Source: Candidatus Woesearchaeota archaeon
GTDB taxonomy: Archaea > Nanobdellota > Nanobdellia > Pacearchaeales > GW2011-AR1
Assembly: GCA_964530945.1 (NCBI GenBank)
Contig: CAZHCJ010000001.1
Location: 2,140-66,139 of the forward strand
Length of the DNA: 64,000 bases
Direction of reading: 5' to 3'
Shown: piece after piece, positions 9,732 to 18,599 of the stretch
Layout: each line of letters opens with the position of its first letter
How positions within the stretch are numbered: position 1 is the first letter of the stretch
Notes under the pieces: generated by a model
The model's input: only the letters and a program-made list of their open reading frames with translations
Databases searched by the model: none
Told to the model about the DNA's origin: nothing
Position numbers and translations under genes: made by a program

Positions 9732-9923
9732 ATGGTAACAGGATATTGTGTAAAATGTAAAGAAAAGGGCCGTGAAATGAAAGACCCTGCTATACATCAA
9801 ACTGCTCGTGGAGGATTCATGGCAAAAGGTACTTGTGCAACATGTGGCACAAAAATGGCTGCTATGATGTCTAAAGACAACGCAGAAAAAGCTATTCAAG
9901 ACGGAGCAAAAAAAGCCTTTTAA
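9732..9923 (+). CDS. Small zinc-ribbon protein, DUF5679-like
   Basis: CVKCKEK...CATCGTK. 63 aa. Confidence 0.55.
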   Translation: MVTGYCVKCKEKGREMKDPAIHQTARGGFMAKGTCATCGTKMAAMMSKDNAEKAIQDGAKKAF

Positions 9924-9973
9924 GGTAAGTTCCGTTTTCTTTTTTATTCATAAGTTAAATTTTAATAAACAAA

Positions 9974-10300
9974 ATGTTTGTAAATATAATTGAAAGTTAT
10001 AGGAATGTTGTAGCAATATGCGATTCAGAATTACTTGGAAAACGCTTCGAGGAGCTCATTGAGAACCAGCAAGAGAAAACTAAACAATTGCATATAAAAG
10101 AAAGCTTTTACAAAGGGAAAACAGGCAAAAAATATTCCAAGGAAGAAGTTCTAAATATTATGAAAAATTTTGAAAGAGAAGATTCTACTTTCAACATCGT
10201 TGGTCAAAAATCAATAAGTGCTGCCCTCAAAGCAGGCATCATTAACAAAGAACAAATAGCAAAAATTCAAAAAATTCCGTATGCCCTTGTTCTTCTTTAA
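9974..10300 (+). CDS. Hypothetical protein, DUF424-like
   Basis: VAICDSELLGKRFEE resembles the archaeal DUF424 N-terminus. Assigned from memory of that family. Confidence 0.4.
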   Translation: MFVNIIESYRNVVAICDSELLGKRFEELIENQQEKTKQLHIKESFYKGKTGKKYSKEEVLNIMKNFEREDSTFNIVGQKSISAALKAGIINKEQIAKIQKIPYALVLL

Positions 10301-10330
10301 ATTTATAAATAAAGCAAAACTAACTGAAAT

Positions 10331-10660
10331 ATGAACAAAAGCAAAGACAACAAAAATGACTCTGAGAACGAAACAAAAACAAGGATAAAACTCCCAAAAG
10401 GAGAAGAAATCCTTGGAATAATCGAACAACGTCTTGGGGGAAATAGAATGTATGTCAAATGCCAGGATGGAAAAACTCGTAACTGCCGCGTCCCGGGACG
10501 TTTAAGAAGAAGGCTTTGGTTGAGGCCAGGAGATACTGTTATTGTCGAGCCGTGGGATTATGATGATGAAAAAGCAGATGTTTTATATAAATATACAAAA
10601 AATCAAGCAAAAATACTCAAAAAGAAAGGACATTTAAAGATTGACACGTCCGAATTCTAA
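10331..10660 (+). CDS. Translation initiation factor aIF-1A
   Basis: GEEILGIIEQRLGGNRMYVKCQDGKTRNCRVPGRLRRRLWLRPGDTVIVEPWDYDD. S1-like OB fold, typical of eIF-1A. Confidence 0.9.
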   Translation: MNKSKDNKNDSENETKTRIKLPKGEEILGIIEQRLGGNRMYVKCQDGKTRNCRVPGRLRRRLWLRPGDTVIVEPWDYDDEKADVLYKYTKNQAKILKKKGHLKIDTSEF

Positions 10661-11183
10661 AACAATGGAAACTATCTACAGTGATAAACTCCCAAGAATT
10701 ACAAAAAACAGAAAAAAACTTGAACGTCTTTTGAAAGTCAAAATTAGCAATCAGGGCAAGGATGTGACAATTGAAGGCACTCCTGAAAACGAATTCGCAG
10801 CAAGGAAAGTAATGGATGCATTAAATTTCGGCTTTCCATTCTCTGTAGCAATGACGATTAAAAAACAAGATTATATGTTCGAAGTTTTGAACATAAAAAG
10901 TTATACCAAAAGAAAAGACATGCCTTCAATAAAATCCAGATTGATAGGAACCCAGGGACAAACACTAAAAACACTGACCGAACTGACAAAATGTCATTTT
11001 GAAATAAAAGACAACCAAGTGGGCATCATAGGACATCCGGAATACATTAAAAATGCCCAAGAGGCAATAATTCAAATAATCCGGGGTTCTAGGCAAGGAA
11101 ACACATATGCATGGCTAGAAAAAAACCAGATTAAGCCAGTAATAGATTTGGGCCTGAAAAAACCCAAAAAGAAAAAAGAATAA
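10641..11183 (+). CDS. KH-domain RNA-binding protein (archaeal Dim2/Pno1-like)
   Basis: GXXG loop in a KH fold: SRLIGTQGQTLKTLTELTKCHFEI. GHPEYIKNAQEAIIQIIRGS. Conserved position downstream of aIF-1A. Confidence 0.7.
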   Translation: MTRPNSKTMETIYSDKLPRITKNRKKLERLLKVKISNQGKDVTIEGTPENEFAARKVMDALNFGFPFSVAMTIKKQDYMFEVLNIKSYTKRKDMPSIKSRLIGTQGQTLKTLTELTKCHFEIKDNQVGIIGHPEYIKNAQEAIIQIIRGSRQGNTYAWLEKNQIKPVIDLGLKKPKKKKE

Positions 11184-11216
11184 GTTTTAAATAAGAATTT
11201 TTTCTCACATATTTAG

Positions 11217-11289
11217 GTCCCGGTAGCTCAGTTGGTAGAGCGCATGGCTGTTAACCATGGTGTCGTAGGTTCGAGTCCTACCCGGGACG
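11217..11289 (+). tRNA. tRNA-Asn (anticodon GTT)
   Basis: Cloverleaf: acceptor GTCCCGG/CCGGGAC, D arm GCTC..GAGC, anticodon stem CATGG/CCATG with loop CTGTTAA, T arm GTAGG TTCGAGT CCTAC. TATA-like gTTTTAAAT about 25 nt upstream. Confidence 0.85.
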
Positions 11290-11323
11290 TTTATTTTTTA
11301 AACAACATTTCTAAATTATATTT

Positions 11324-12433
11324 ATGAAAAAACAAAAAGTTCTCATGGCAATGTCGGGAGGTGTTGATAGTAGTGTAGCTGCGCTTTTGCTAAAAAAGCA
11401 GGGCTACGAAGTCATTGGTGCTTTCATGAAAAATTACACGAATAACGATTCAAGTTTAAAAGGTGAAAACTGTAATTGGATTCAAGATAGAAAAATGGCG
11501 ATGAAAATTGCAGAAAGATTACAAATTCCACTAATAACATTGGATTTTGAAAAACAATATCGTAAGGAAGTTGTAGATGAAATGTTTAAACTTTACAGGC
11601 AAGGCATTACTCCAAATCCCGATGTGGATTGTAACAACAAAGTCAAATTTCCTTTACTATGGAAAGCTGCAAAGCGCCTTGGCGCAGATTGCATTGCAAC
11701 AGGGCATTATGCCCAAATCAAAAAATCAAAAAAAGGACTTAGACTTCTGAGGGCAAAAGACGAATCAAAAGACCAAAGTTACTTCCTTTACCGCTTAACA
11801 AAAAAAGACCTAAAACACACTCTCTTCCCTATAGGCAAATTTACAAAAAAGAAAGTTAGGAAAATAGCCAAGAAAGAAGGCTTTCCTAATTTTGACAGAA
11901 AAGGCACAGTAGGAATTTGTTTTATAGGGAAAGTTAATTTAAGGAAATTTTTACAAAAACGCATAAAGAAAAAGAAAGGTAAAATTCTAAATCCTAAGGG
12001 AGAAGAGATTGGAACACATGAAGGAATTTATTATTATACAATAGGACAAAAAATAGGGCCTAAGTTCGGAATGAAAATAAAGAAAAATCCGAAAGGCAAC
12101 AAAGAGATGAAACGCTGGTACGTTGCCCAAAAAAACAAAAAGCGCAACACCATCATCGCAGCTCCTGAAGGACACAAAATGCTTTACAGGAAAGAAATAA
12201 TTCTCACACAACCACATTGGATAAATGAAAAAATCAAAGAAGAAACGTATAATGCCCGCATTAGGCAAGTCGGAGAGCTCCTTCCATGCAAAGTTAAAAA
12301 AGGTAAAAAGAAAGATACTTATAAAATCACTCTAAAAAAAGCAATAAAAGGTGTAAGCGAAGGGCAAGCGATAGTTCTTTACAAAAAGCACAACAAAGTT
12401 TGCCTTGGCGGCGGCGTTATAGATTTTGAATAA
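11324..12433 (+). CDS. mnmA: tRNA 2-thiouridylase, MnmA type
   Basis: PP-loop MSGGVDSSVAA. CNNKVKFPLLWKAAKRLGADCIATGHYA. C-terminal beta-barrel region. Confidence 0.85.
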   Translation: MKKQKVLMAMSGGVDSSVAALLLKKQGYEVIGAFMKNYTNNDSSLKGENCNWIQDRKMAMKIAERLQIPLITLDFEKQYRKEVVDEMFKLYRQGITPNPDVDCNNKVKFPLLWKAAKRLGADCIATGHYAQIKKSKKGLRLLRAKDESKDQSYFLYRLTKKDLKHTLFPIGKFTKKKVRKIAKKEGFPNFDRKGTVGICFIGKVNLRKFLQKRIKKKKGKILNPKGEEIGTHEGIYYYTIGQKIGPKFGMKIKKNPKGNKEMKRWYVAQKNKKRNTIIAAPEGHKMLYRKEIILTQPHWINEKIKEETYNARIRQVGELLPCKVKKGKKKDTYKITLKKAIKGVSEGQAIVLYKKHNKVCLGGGVIDFE

Positions 12434-12463
12434 TTTTTTAAACAACCTCTACTTCAATATTTT

Positions 12464-13021
12464 ATGGAATTAAAAGACGCAATAAAATCCCGTAAGAGCG
12501 TTCGTAAGTTTTCTTCTCAAAAACCTGATTGGCGCGATATAATTGAATGCATAGACACAGCACGCTACGCTCCCATGGCAGGGGGCAATTATACACTAAA
12601 ATTCATACTAGTTGATGACAAAGAAAAAATTAGAAAACTTGGAGAAGCCGCACAACAAGAATTTGTTAAAACAGCACAATTTGTTGTTGTTGCATGCTCA
12701 AACCCTAAAAGAACATTAAACGCCTATGGTTCTAGAGGTAAACGTTATGTGAAACAACAATCTGGAGCAGCGATGGAAAACTTTCTTCTCGCCATTCAAG
12801 AAAAGAAGCTAGCCACATGCTGGATTGGACATTTTGCAGAAAGCCAAGTAAGAAAAACTCTAGGTATTCCAGAAGATATTGAAATTGAAGCATTATTTCC
12901 AATAGGATACGAAAGAAAAAGCGGAGTTAAAAAAAGAGAGCCTATAGACTTAGACAATATTCTTTATTTTAACAAATACAAAAACAAAAAAATGAAAGAA
13001 CCCAAAGTTGTTAAAACTTGA
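12464..13021 (+). CDS. Nitroreductase family protein
   Basis: SVRKFSSQKP...ARYAPMAGGNYTLKFILV. 185 aa. Confidence 0.8.
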   Translation: MELKDAIKSRKSVRKFSSQKPDWRDIIECIDTARYAPMAGGNYTLKFILVDDKEKIRKLGEAAQQEFVKTAQFVVVACSNPKRTLNAYGSRGKRYVKQQSGAAMENFLLAIQEKKLATCWIGHFAESQVRKTLGIPEDIEIEALFPIGYERKSGVKKREPIDLDNILYFNKYKNKKMKEPKVVKT

Positions 13022-13030
13022 TTCTAAAAA

Positions 13031-13390
13031 TTATTCGAAAGTTATCTTTACTCCCTTAGTAACTTTCGCGGAAAGATTATATATAACTGCAGAAGCTGCA
13101 CCGCTTATCCACGAGACAACCCCATAAAAAAAGGGGAGAACTATTATCAAAATAAAACCAGACATTCCTAAGAAACTGAATGAGTCTGAGAGCCCACCTG
13201 CAGAAGAAAACGCCATGCCCACTATAGCAAAAAAGATACCAGTAATAAATCCAAGAACAACCCCTATCAATCCAGAAATATTGGCTGAAGAAACAACTCC
13301 TATTTTTTTCAACCTTTTTTCTTGAACTTTGGATAAACTTCTCTCAGGCATTGAACCTCTTCCCATAGAAGGTCTCGGTATTCTATTCAT
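13031..13390 (-). CDS. Small membrane protein (2 TM), hypothetical
   Basis: Two hydrophobic helices. The start ATG sits inside the palindrome TATTCATAAATGAATA. Confidence 0.4.
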   Translation of the reverse strand: MNRIPRPSMGRGSMPERSLSKVQEKRLKKIGVVSSANISGLIGVVLGFITGIFFAIVGMAFSSAGGLSDSFSFLGMSGFILIIVLPFFYGVVSWISGAASAVIYNLSAKVTKGVKITFE

Positions 13391-13419
13391 AAATGAATAA
13401 GAAAAAAGTAATTTAAATA

Positions 13420-13461
13420 ACTTTCTTAAAAAAGAAAAAATTCTCGGCGATTAAGCCGAGA
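13420..13461 (-). terminator. Hairpin plus T-tract downstream of ftsZ (intrinsic-terminator-like)
   Basis: Minus strand: TCTCGGC ttaatc GCCGAGA, then aaTTTTTTCTTTTTT. Lies 25 nt after the ftsZ stop. Confidence 0.4.
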
Positions 13462-13485
13462 TTGAGAATTTGTTTGGAGTTTTAT

Positions 13486-14565
13486 TTATCTCCAGACTTC
13501 TATACCTAAATCAGAAACTTCCTTAGCGATTGGTTCTCTGGAATCGTCTATAGGTTTTCCAAGAACGTAAGGGCTATTCACACCAGTCATAATCGTAATA
13601 ACACGGACTTTTCCTTGGAATTCCTTACTAATCCTAGCCCCAATAATTACCTGGGCTTCAGGACTTAAATTCTCAGAAACTGTTTTACCAATTGTATCAA
13701 ACTCTTCAAGTTTCAAATCAGGCCCACATGTAACGTGTATCAAAGCACCAGTAGCTCCCTTATAATCCACGTCAAGTAGAGGATGTGTAAGTGCTTGTTG
13801 TACTGCTTCAGCTACGCGATTCTGTGTGTCTGCTTCACCGATACCTATCACTGCAACACCTCCATTCTTCATAATTGCAGAAACATCGGCATAGTCTAAG
13901 TTAATCAAACTTGGCAAAGTAATTGTCTCAACAATGCCTTTAATCATTGTACTTACAAGTTCATTTGCAACTGCAAACGCTTGCTCAATGGGTAATTGTC
14001 CAGCAATATCTACTAAACGATTATTGTCTAAAACAATGCATGTATCGGTAACTTCTCTAAGTTCTTGTAACCCAAATTCGGCCTTGTCAATTCTAGCTCT
14101 TTCCGATTCAAAAGGCATAGTAACAACCCCTATAACGACAGCCCCTGTTTCTTTAGCAAGCTGTGCAATTATCGGAGCGGCACCTGTTCCTGTTCCACCA
14201 CCCATTCCGCTTAAAACAAAAACCATGTCGGCCCCGCCAACAGATTTTTTCAATTCGGACATTGTTTCTTTTGCGGCCTCACGTCCCTTGTTGGGATTTC
14301 CTCCTGCTCCTAACCCACGGGTAAGTTCCTTACCAATAAGTAACTTTTCATCAGCTTTGGAAACACTCAAATGCAAGGCATCTGTATTTGCCGCATAGAT
14401 GGTAGCGCCATTGACTCCTTTGTTATAAAGCCAGGTAACTGCATTAACTCCCATTCCGCCAACGCCAACTACTTTTATGTTGGCTTTTCCGGCTTTCAAC
14501 TCATCAAAATTAATTGCATGAGTTTCTGCATTCTGTACTGCCTCTTTTGCAAAATCTAACGCCAT
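13486..14565 (-). CDS. ftsZ: Cell division GTPase FtsZ
   Basis: Tubulin signature GGGTGTGAAP, NTDA, IKVVGVGGMGVNAV. Confidence 0.95.
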   Translation of the reverse strand: MALDFAKEAVQNAETHAINFDELKAGKANIKVVGVGGMGVNAVTWLYNKGVNGATIYAANTDALHLSVSKADEKLLIGKELTRGLGAGGNPNKGREAAKETMSELKKSVGGADMVFVLSGMGGGTGTGAAPIIAQLAKETGAVVIGVVTMPFESERARIDKAEFGLQELREVTDTCIVLDNNRLVDIAGQLPIEQAFAVANELVSTMIKGIVETITLPSLINLDYADVSAIMKNGGVAVIGIGEADTQNRVAEAVQQALTHPLLDVDYKGATGALIHVTCGPDLKLEEFDTIGKTVSENLSPEAQVIIGARISKEFQGKVRVITIMTGVNSPYVLGKPIDDSREPIAKEVSDLGIEVWR

Positions 14566-14832
14566 CTTTTTTTTACCTCCTTACATCTATATAGCGCCAA
14601 AAGCGCGAAAAGTTTATATACTTCACACACTTTCAGCTATTAGTAGAATTCAGATAAGTTATTCAATCCCCCAATTGAATAATATAATAAAATAAATAGT
14701 AGCTTATTCTTTAAAAATTCTTCTGTGATTCAGGATAAGAATTTTTAGACTAAAAAACCTAAAGAAAAATTAAAAAGGATTTTTTATGTTTAAAAATTCT
14801 TCGATGATATAGTTTAAGAGTTAAGAATTAAT

Positions 14833-15189
14833 TTATTTATGGGCCATTATGTACTTGACTTTCAAATCAGTTAAATATTCATAATCCTTTTCTGAGACTC
14901 TTCCGCTTGTCCTAAGAGATGCAGCAATCTCCTTCAAACCATGGCCAAGAAGATAGTGGTCATTGTACCCTACTGGCTCAACCAACATATATTGTGATAG
15001 CTTCACCCATGCAACACTAAGAGGTTTACATTCTAACCCACTTACTCTTCCTGTTAGACCCCTCCCCTTTAATATTTCAGGGGCTTCTCCTTCACTCGGA
15101 TTTTCTGCCCCATGTAAGACCTCTGTCAAAACTCCTCTGTCAATCCGATCTCCTTCAAAACCAGAAAGAATAATTGCTAAAACATCCAT
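14833..15189 (-). CDS. Hypothetical protein
   Basis: 118-aa ORF. No motif recognised. Confidence 0.35.
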   Translation of the reverse strand: MDVLAIILSGFEGDRIDRGVLTEVLHGAENPSEGEAPEILKGRGLTGRVSGLECKPLSVAWVKLSQYMLVEPVGYNDHYLLGHGLKEIAASLRTSGRVSEKDYEYLTDLKVKYIMAHK

Positions 15190-15219
15190 ATTTGTAAGTT
15201 CTTTACTCTAAATCCATAT

Positions 15220-15582
15220 CTAAAAAACAATGCTTTCTGAACTTCTACTCCTCTCATCTGCTTTTCTTCCTAAAGATACCAAATAACAATAGTCTTCCCT
15301 AGATATCTCTTTCCTAATCTCTCTCTTAGCGTCTGTAATGCCAAAATTTATGTGATAGTCTCCACTTGAACCAACAGAATAAAGTAAATTGTTTCTAACA
15401 AATCTCTTCCATAAGTCATCGAAGTCTTCCCCCTTCATTAAATCCTTCTCTCCGTTTTCATTTTCTTTTTTAATGACTCCATAAACAGCTTCCCTCAAAT
15501 TTCTCCTAAAACCAACTCCTACGCCCGAAATAATCAAAACTAAAATATTTTCTTTTTCCAAAACACTTTCTTCTAAAGGCAT
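15220..15582 (-). CDS. Hypothetical protein
   Basis: 120-aa ORF. No motif recognised. Confidence 0.35.
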   Translation of the reverse strand: MPLEESVLEKENILVLIISGVGVGFRRNLREAVYGVIKKENENGEKDLMKGEDFDDLWKRFVRNNLLYSVGSSGDYHINFGITDAKREIRKEISREDYCYLVSLGRKADERSRSSESIVF

Positions 15583-15633
15583 TGCACAAAAAACAAAACA
15601 ATCTTTTTAAGAATTACTTCACTAGAATATACA

Positions 15634-16308
15634 CTATTCTTTTTCTAAAATCTTAACCTTAATACCCTCTTCTTCACACAACTCTTTAAACTCCTTAGCG
15701 TCTTCATCTCCCCCTACAATACTTCCGTAGTGCATTGGTATTGCGAGTGTGGGTTTTATTATGTCAGCAGCCTCTGCAGCCTCTTCTGCACTCATTGTGA
15801 ATCTACCTCCAACAGGCAACAGTGCAACAAACTCTTTTCCAGGTTGTTTGAACCCCGTGAGTTTTTGCATTTCAGAAATAATATCGGTATCTCCGGCATG
15901 ATAAAGAATAAAATCTCCTATTTTAACAACATACCCTACCCAGTTTTCGTCTTTAGGATGGAAATGTTTATCCATATTATAAGCAGGAACCGCAATAATC
16001 TTCAGCCCTGAAAAATCTATTTCGCCCCCACTTTCAATAATTTCAATCTTCACAGGAACATCAAATTTAGTAATTTTGCTTTGACAATCTGGAGTAATTA
16101 CAACACGTGTATTCTCTTTAACAACTTTTTTCAAATCTGCATAACTACAATGGTCGTAGTGGCTATGTGTAATCAAAACAATATCTGCCTTCTCAAGACC
16201 CTCTCTAATGTTGAAAGGATCTACATAGATAACCCTATCATTTTCTATATCTTTAATATAAAATCCTGCATGTCCTAACCATTTTAATTCAACACCATTA
16301 AGTCTCAT
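15634..16308 (-). CDS. MBL-fold metal-dependent hydrolase
   Basis: VLITHSHYDHCS (HxHxDH). HAGDTD. HYG. Confidence 0.8.
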   Translation of the reverse strand: MRLNGVELKWLGHAGFYIKDIENDRVIYVDPFNIREGLEKADIVLITHSHYDHCSYADLKKVVKENTRVVITPDCQSKITKFDVPVKIEIIESGGEIDFSGLKIIAVPAYNMDKHFHPKDENWVGYVVKIGDFILYHAGDTDIISEMQKLTGFKQPGKEFVALLPVGGRFTMSAEEAAEAADIIKPTLAIPMHYGSIVGGDEDAKEFKELCEEEGIKVKILEKE

Positions 16309-16710
16309 TTAAGAAATATCTCCTTTTTCAATTAAAAATTTTATGTTCGGTGCAACCTTGTATTTGCCTTGCCTTATTTCCTCTATTTGAAGCCATTTAA
16401 CTTCCTTTATCGGTGGAATAGGTCTCAAATCTTCTTTGTTCAACAACTTTGCTTTGTAATGAATTAAAACAATTTTCATCTCTTCCTTTGTTTGAGGATT
16501 CTTATATATCATCATAGGGTTCAAAGGCTTAACGATTTCAACATCTGCATTGTTTTCTTCTTTGGATTCGCGAATGCACGCCTCAATCAAACTATTACCT
16601 TGTTCAACAGTGCCTCCAGGAAGCTTGTAAAAATCATCTTTATCATCCTTATTCACAAGCAATCTTCCTTGTTCAACAATTACGGGACCTGACGCAACGA
16701 TGAATTTCAT
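16309..16710 (-). CDS. NUDIX hydrolase
   Basis: Nudix box GGTVEQGNSLIEACIRESKEENNADVEI. Confidence 0.85.
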   Translation of the reverse strand: MKFIVASGPVIVEQGRLLVNKDDKDDFYKLPGGTVEQGNSLIEACIRESKEENNADVEIVKPLNPMMIYKNPQTKEEMKIVLIHYKAKLLNKEDLRPIPPIKEVKWLQIEEIRQGKYKVAPNIKFLIEKGDIS

Positions 16711-16748
16711 ACAAGAAATAAATATGCTGGGTTTTTAAGGATTTTTGT

Positions 16749-17567
16749 TATTCATCAAATTCCAGAATTTCATAACCTCCTACACCAAGATTGTAAATCT
16801 TAGAATCTCCAATCTTTTTTGTTTTTCCTTCTCCTTCATGAATGTGCCCACAAAAAACATATGAGGGTTGATTTTCTTTTATGAAATCTAAAAGTATTTT
16901 TCTTCCCGCATGTTTACCTCTCCATGCTTCTGGGGCAGGCGCACCTACTTTATCTAAAAACCCATATGGTGGCTGATGACAAACCAGTATATCTAAATCA
17001 TTGAATCTCGAAAGAATCCTCTTCGCTTTATCTGTCTGTTTTTTTTGCTTTTTTCATTCTTTCCTTATAATTTGAAGGTTTGAATTCTCTGACCCAATTT
17101 GTATCTGTAAACCATTCCAAAAACCCTATTCTCTTTCCTTGAAGAATTCTCAATCTGTTTTTTATTAAACTTACATTAGCCATCCCGTTTATCTTTTCCC
17201 TTGTTGAAATAAGATTCAACTCATATTCCTCATTATCCTCTCTCACTTGGGAAAGCTTGGGAATTCCTACATTCCCTTGAATCGTGTAAACTGGAGCAAA
17301 TTTCGCTAGATATTCTAAAACTCCTATTGTGGATTCATGAATTTCGTTGTGCTTCATTTCTACAAAATCTGCATCTTCTTCAAGTTCTCCTAGGCCTTTA
17401 GATTTTCTTCTAACATTTTCGAAATATCTCTCTCTAGCCAAATCTGCTTTTCCCAAATCCCCCGTTAACAGGATTAAATCTGCATTTTTCATAGGAATTT
17501 TCTTAAGTAGATCAACTCTTCCATGTGGATCCCCAATCGCCAATATTTTCATAAAACCACTACACAA
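16749..17567 (-). pseudogene. Calcineurin-like metallophosphoesterase broken by two apparent compensating frameshifts. Either a pseudogene or a sequencing error.
   Basis: Frame B 17567->17031 has the GDPHG motif and ends ...ERMKKAKKTDR* inside an A6/A8 tract. A second frame, roughly 17060->16781, encodes KKQTDKAKRILSRFNDLDILVCHQPPYGFLDKVGAPAPEAWRGKHAGRKILLDFIKENQPSYVFCGHIHEGEGKTKKIGDSR... The original frame then resumes with IYNLGVGGYEILEFDE*, stop at 16749-51. Confidence 0.5.
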
Positions 17568-17627
17568 ATTTCATTTAAAAACTTTCCAATCCAAAAAAAT
17601 AAAAATAAAGAATTAGTCGAAGACTAA

Positions 17628-17795
17628 CTACTCGTCGTCTTCATCGTCTTCGTCTTCATCGTCGTCTTCTGTGTCGTCTTCATCGTCTTCGTCATCAGAT
17701 TCTTCCACATCATCTTCATCAGTATCTTCATCTAAATCGTCATCGGAATCTTCTTCGAAGTCATCGTCGTCCTCATAATCATCATAATCAGACAT
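17628..17795 (-). CDS. 55-aa extremely acidic (over 85% D/E) protein
   Basis: MSDYDDYEDDDDFEEDSDDDLDEDTDEDDVEESDDEDDEDDTEDDDEDEDDEDDE. A GGAGGT Shine-Dalgarno-like motif lies 9 nt upstream of the internal ATG. The ORF track's longer N-terminus was discarded. Confidence 0.5.
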   Translation of the reverse strand: MSDYDDYEDDDDFEEDSDDDLDEDTDEDDVEESDDEDDEDDTEDDDEDEDDEDDE

Positions 17796-17970
17796 TTTTA
17801 TTTTACCTCCATTGGTTTTAGATAAATGTTTCAAGATTTGTACTTTATAAAGGTTTTTATGCCCTAAGGGATGACAGAAAACAACTAAAATTATTCTTCG
17901 ATTGCTCGCAAATTTTTTAAAAAACAAATAATTCCTGGAGTAAATAGCTAAGAATTCTTCGCTAACATCG

Positions 17971-18348
17971 TTATAACATAATAGTTTGTTCAAAACTCTT
18001 GAAGTGTTTATCTCCTGTTAAAACTTTTGCATCATTCAAAACAGCTGTATGTAAAATTATTATACCTGTAATTCCCATATTTCTCAACTTCTTCCTAATC
18101 TTATTATAAAAATTTCCAAAAGAAAAAACAAATTTTTCATTCATGCCAATAATTTTTGAGTGGCTTTTTATAAAATTAAAATATCTTTTAAAATCCCATC
18201 CTTCTTTATCTGACTTATAATTCAATTCCAAAAGAACCACCGCAGGAGTTAAAACTTTATTCCCTTCTAGATATTTTTCAACAACTCTCCCTTTGCTTGT
18301 TCCCTGAAAATATTCTATCCATGCATAAGTATCAAAAATTATTTCCAC
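17971..18348 (-). CDS. vapC: PIN-domain ribonuclease (VapC-like toxin)
   Basis: MEIIFDTYAWIEY (Asp6), LLELNYK, LTGDKHF. Forms a pair with the small ORF that overlaps upstream. Confidence 0.75.
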   Translation of the reverse strand: MEIIFDTYAWIEYFQGTSKGRVVEKYLEGNKVLTPAVVLLELNYKSDKEGWDFKRYFNFIKSHSKIIGMNEKFVFSFGNFYNKIRKKLRNMGITGIIILHTAVLNDAKVLTGDKHFKSFEQTIML

Positions 18349-18554
18349 CTTTTATCATTTCCCATTATTTCTTCCCTTTCTTTTCTTGTAAAGGGCTTTG
18401 TTTTACCTTTTAATGCCCCAAACATATTTTCAGGAATTTTTTCTTTTTGCATTATCAGTTTTCTTACAAGAACATCAAAAGATTCCATTTCTTCTTTCTT
18501 TTTCAATTCTTTAATCATTTCAAATGTTTTTTCTTTCAATGCTATTGTTTTCAT
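18339..18554 (-). CDS. vapB: Putative antitoxin (VapB-like). Overlaps vapC by 10 nt.
   Basis: 71-aa charged protein immediately upstream of, and overlapping, the PIN gene. Confidence 0.5.
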   Translation of the reverse strand: MKTIALKEKTFEMIKELKKKEEMESFDVLVRKLIMQKEKIPENMFGALKGKTKPFTRKEREEIMGNDKRWK

Positions 18555-18599
18555 GTTATAATTTATAAATTATAACTTATGAATCTTTCTAAAAGAATT

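Noticed and set aside
9395-9899. Small minus-strand ORFs (9395..9577, 9582..9899) overlapping the aIF2-beta and zinc-ribbon genes
   Set aside because: Antisense to conserved genes. Cys/Phe/Ser-rich junk translation.
17796-17993. N-terminal 66 residues of track ORF 17628..17993 (MNKLLCYND...)
   Set aside because: Overlaps the vapC 3' end. The internal ATG at 17793-95 has a GGAGGT RBS, and the composition switches abruptly to poly-D/E there. Only the acidic part was kept.
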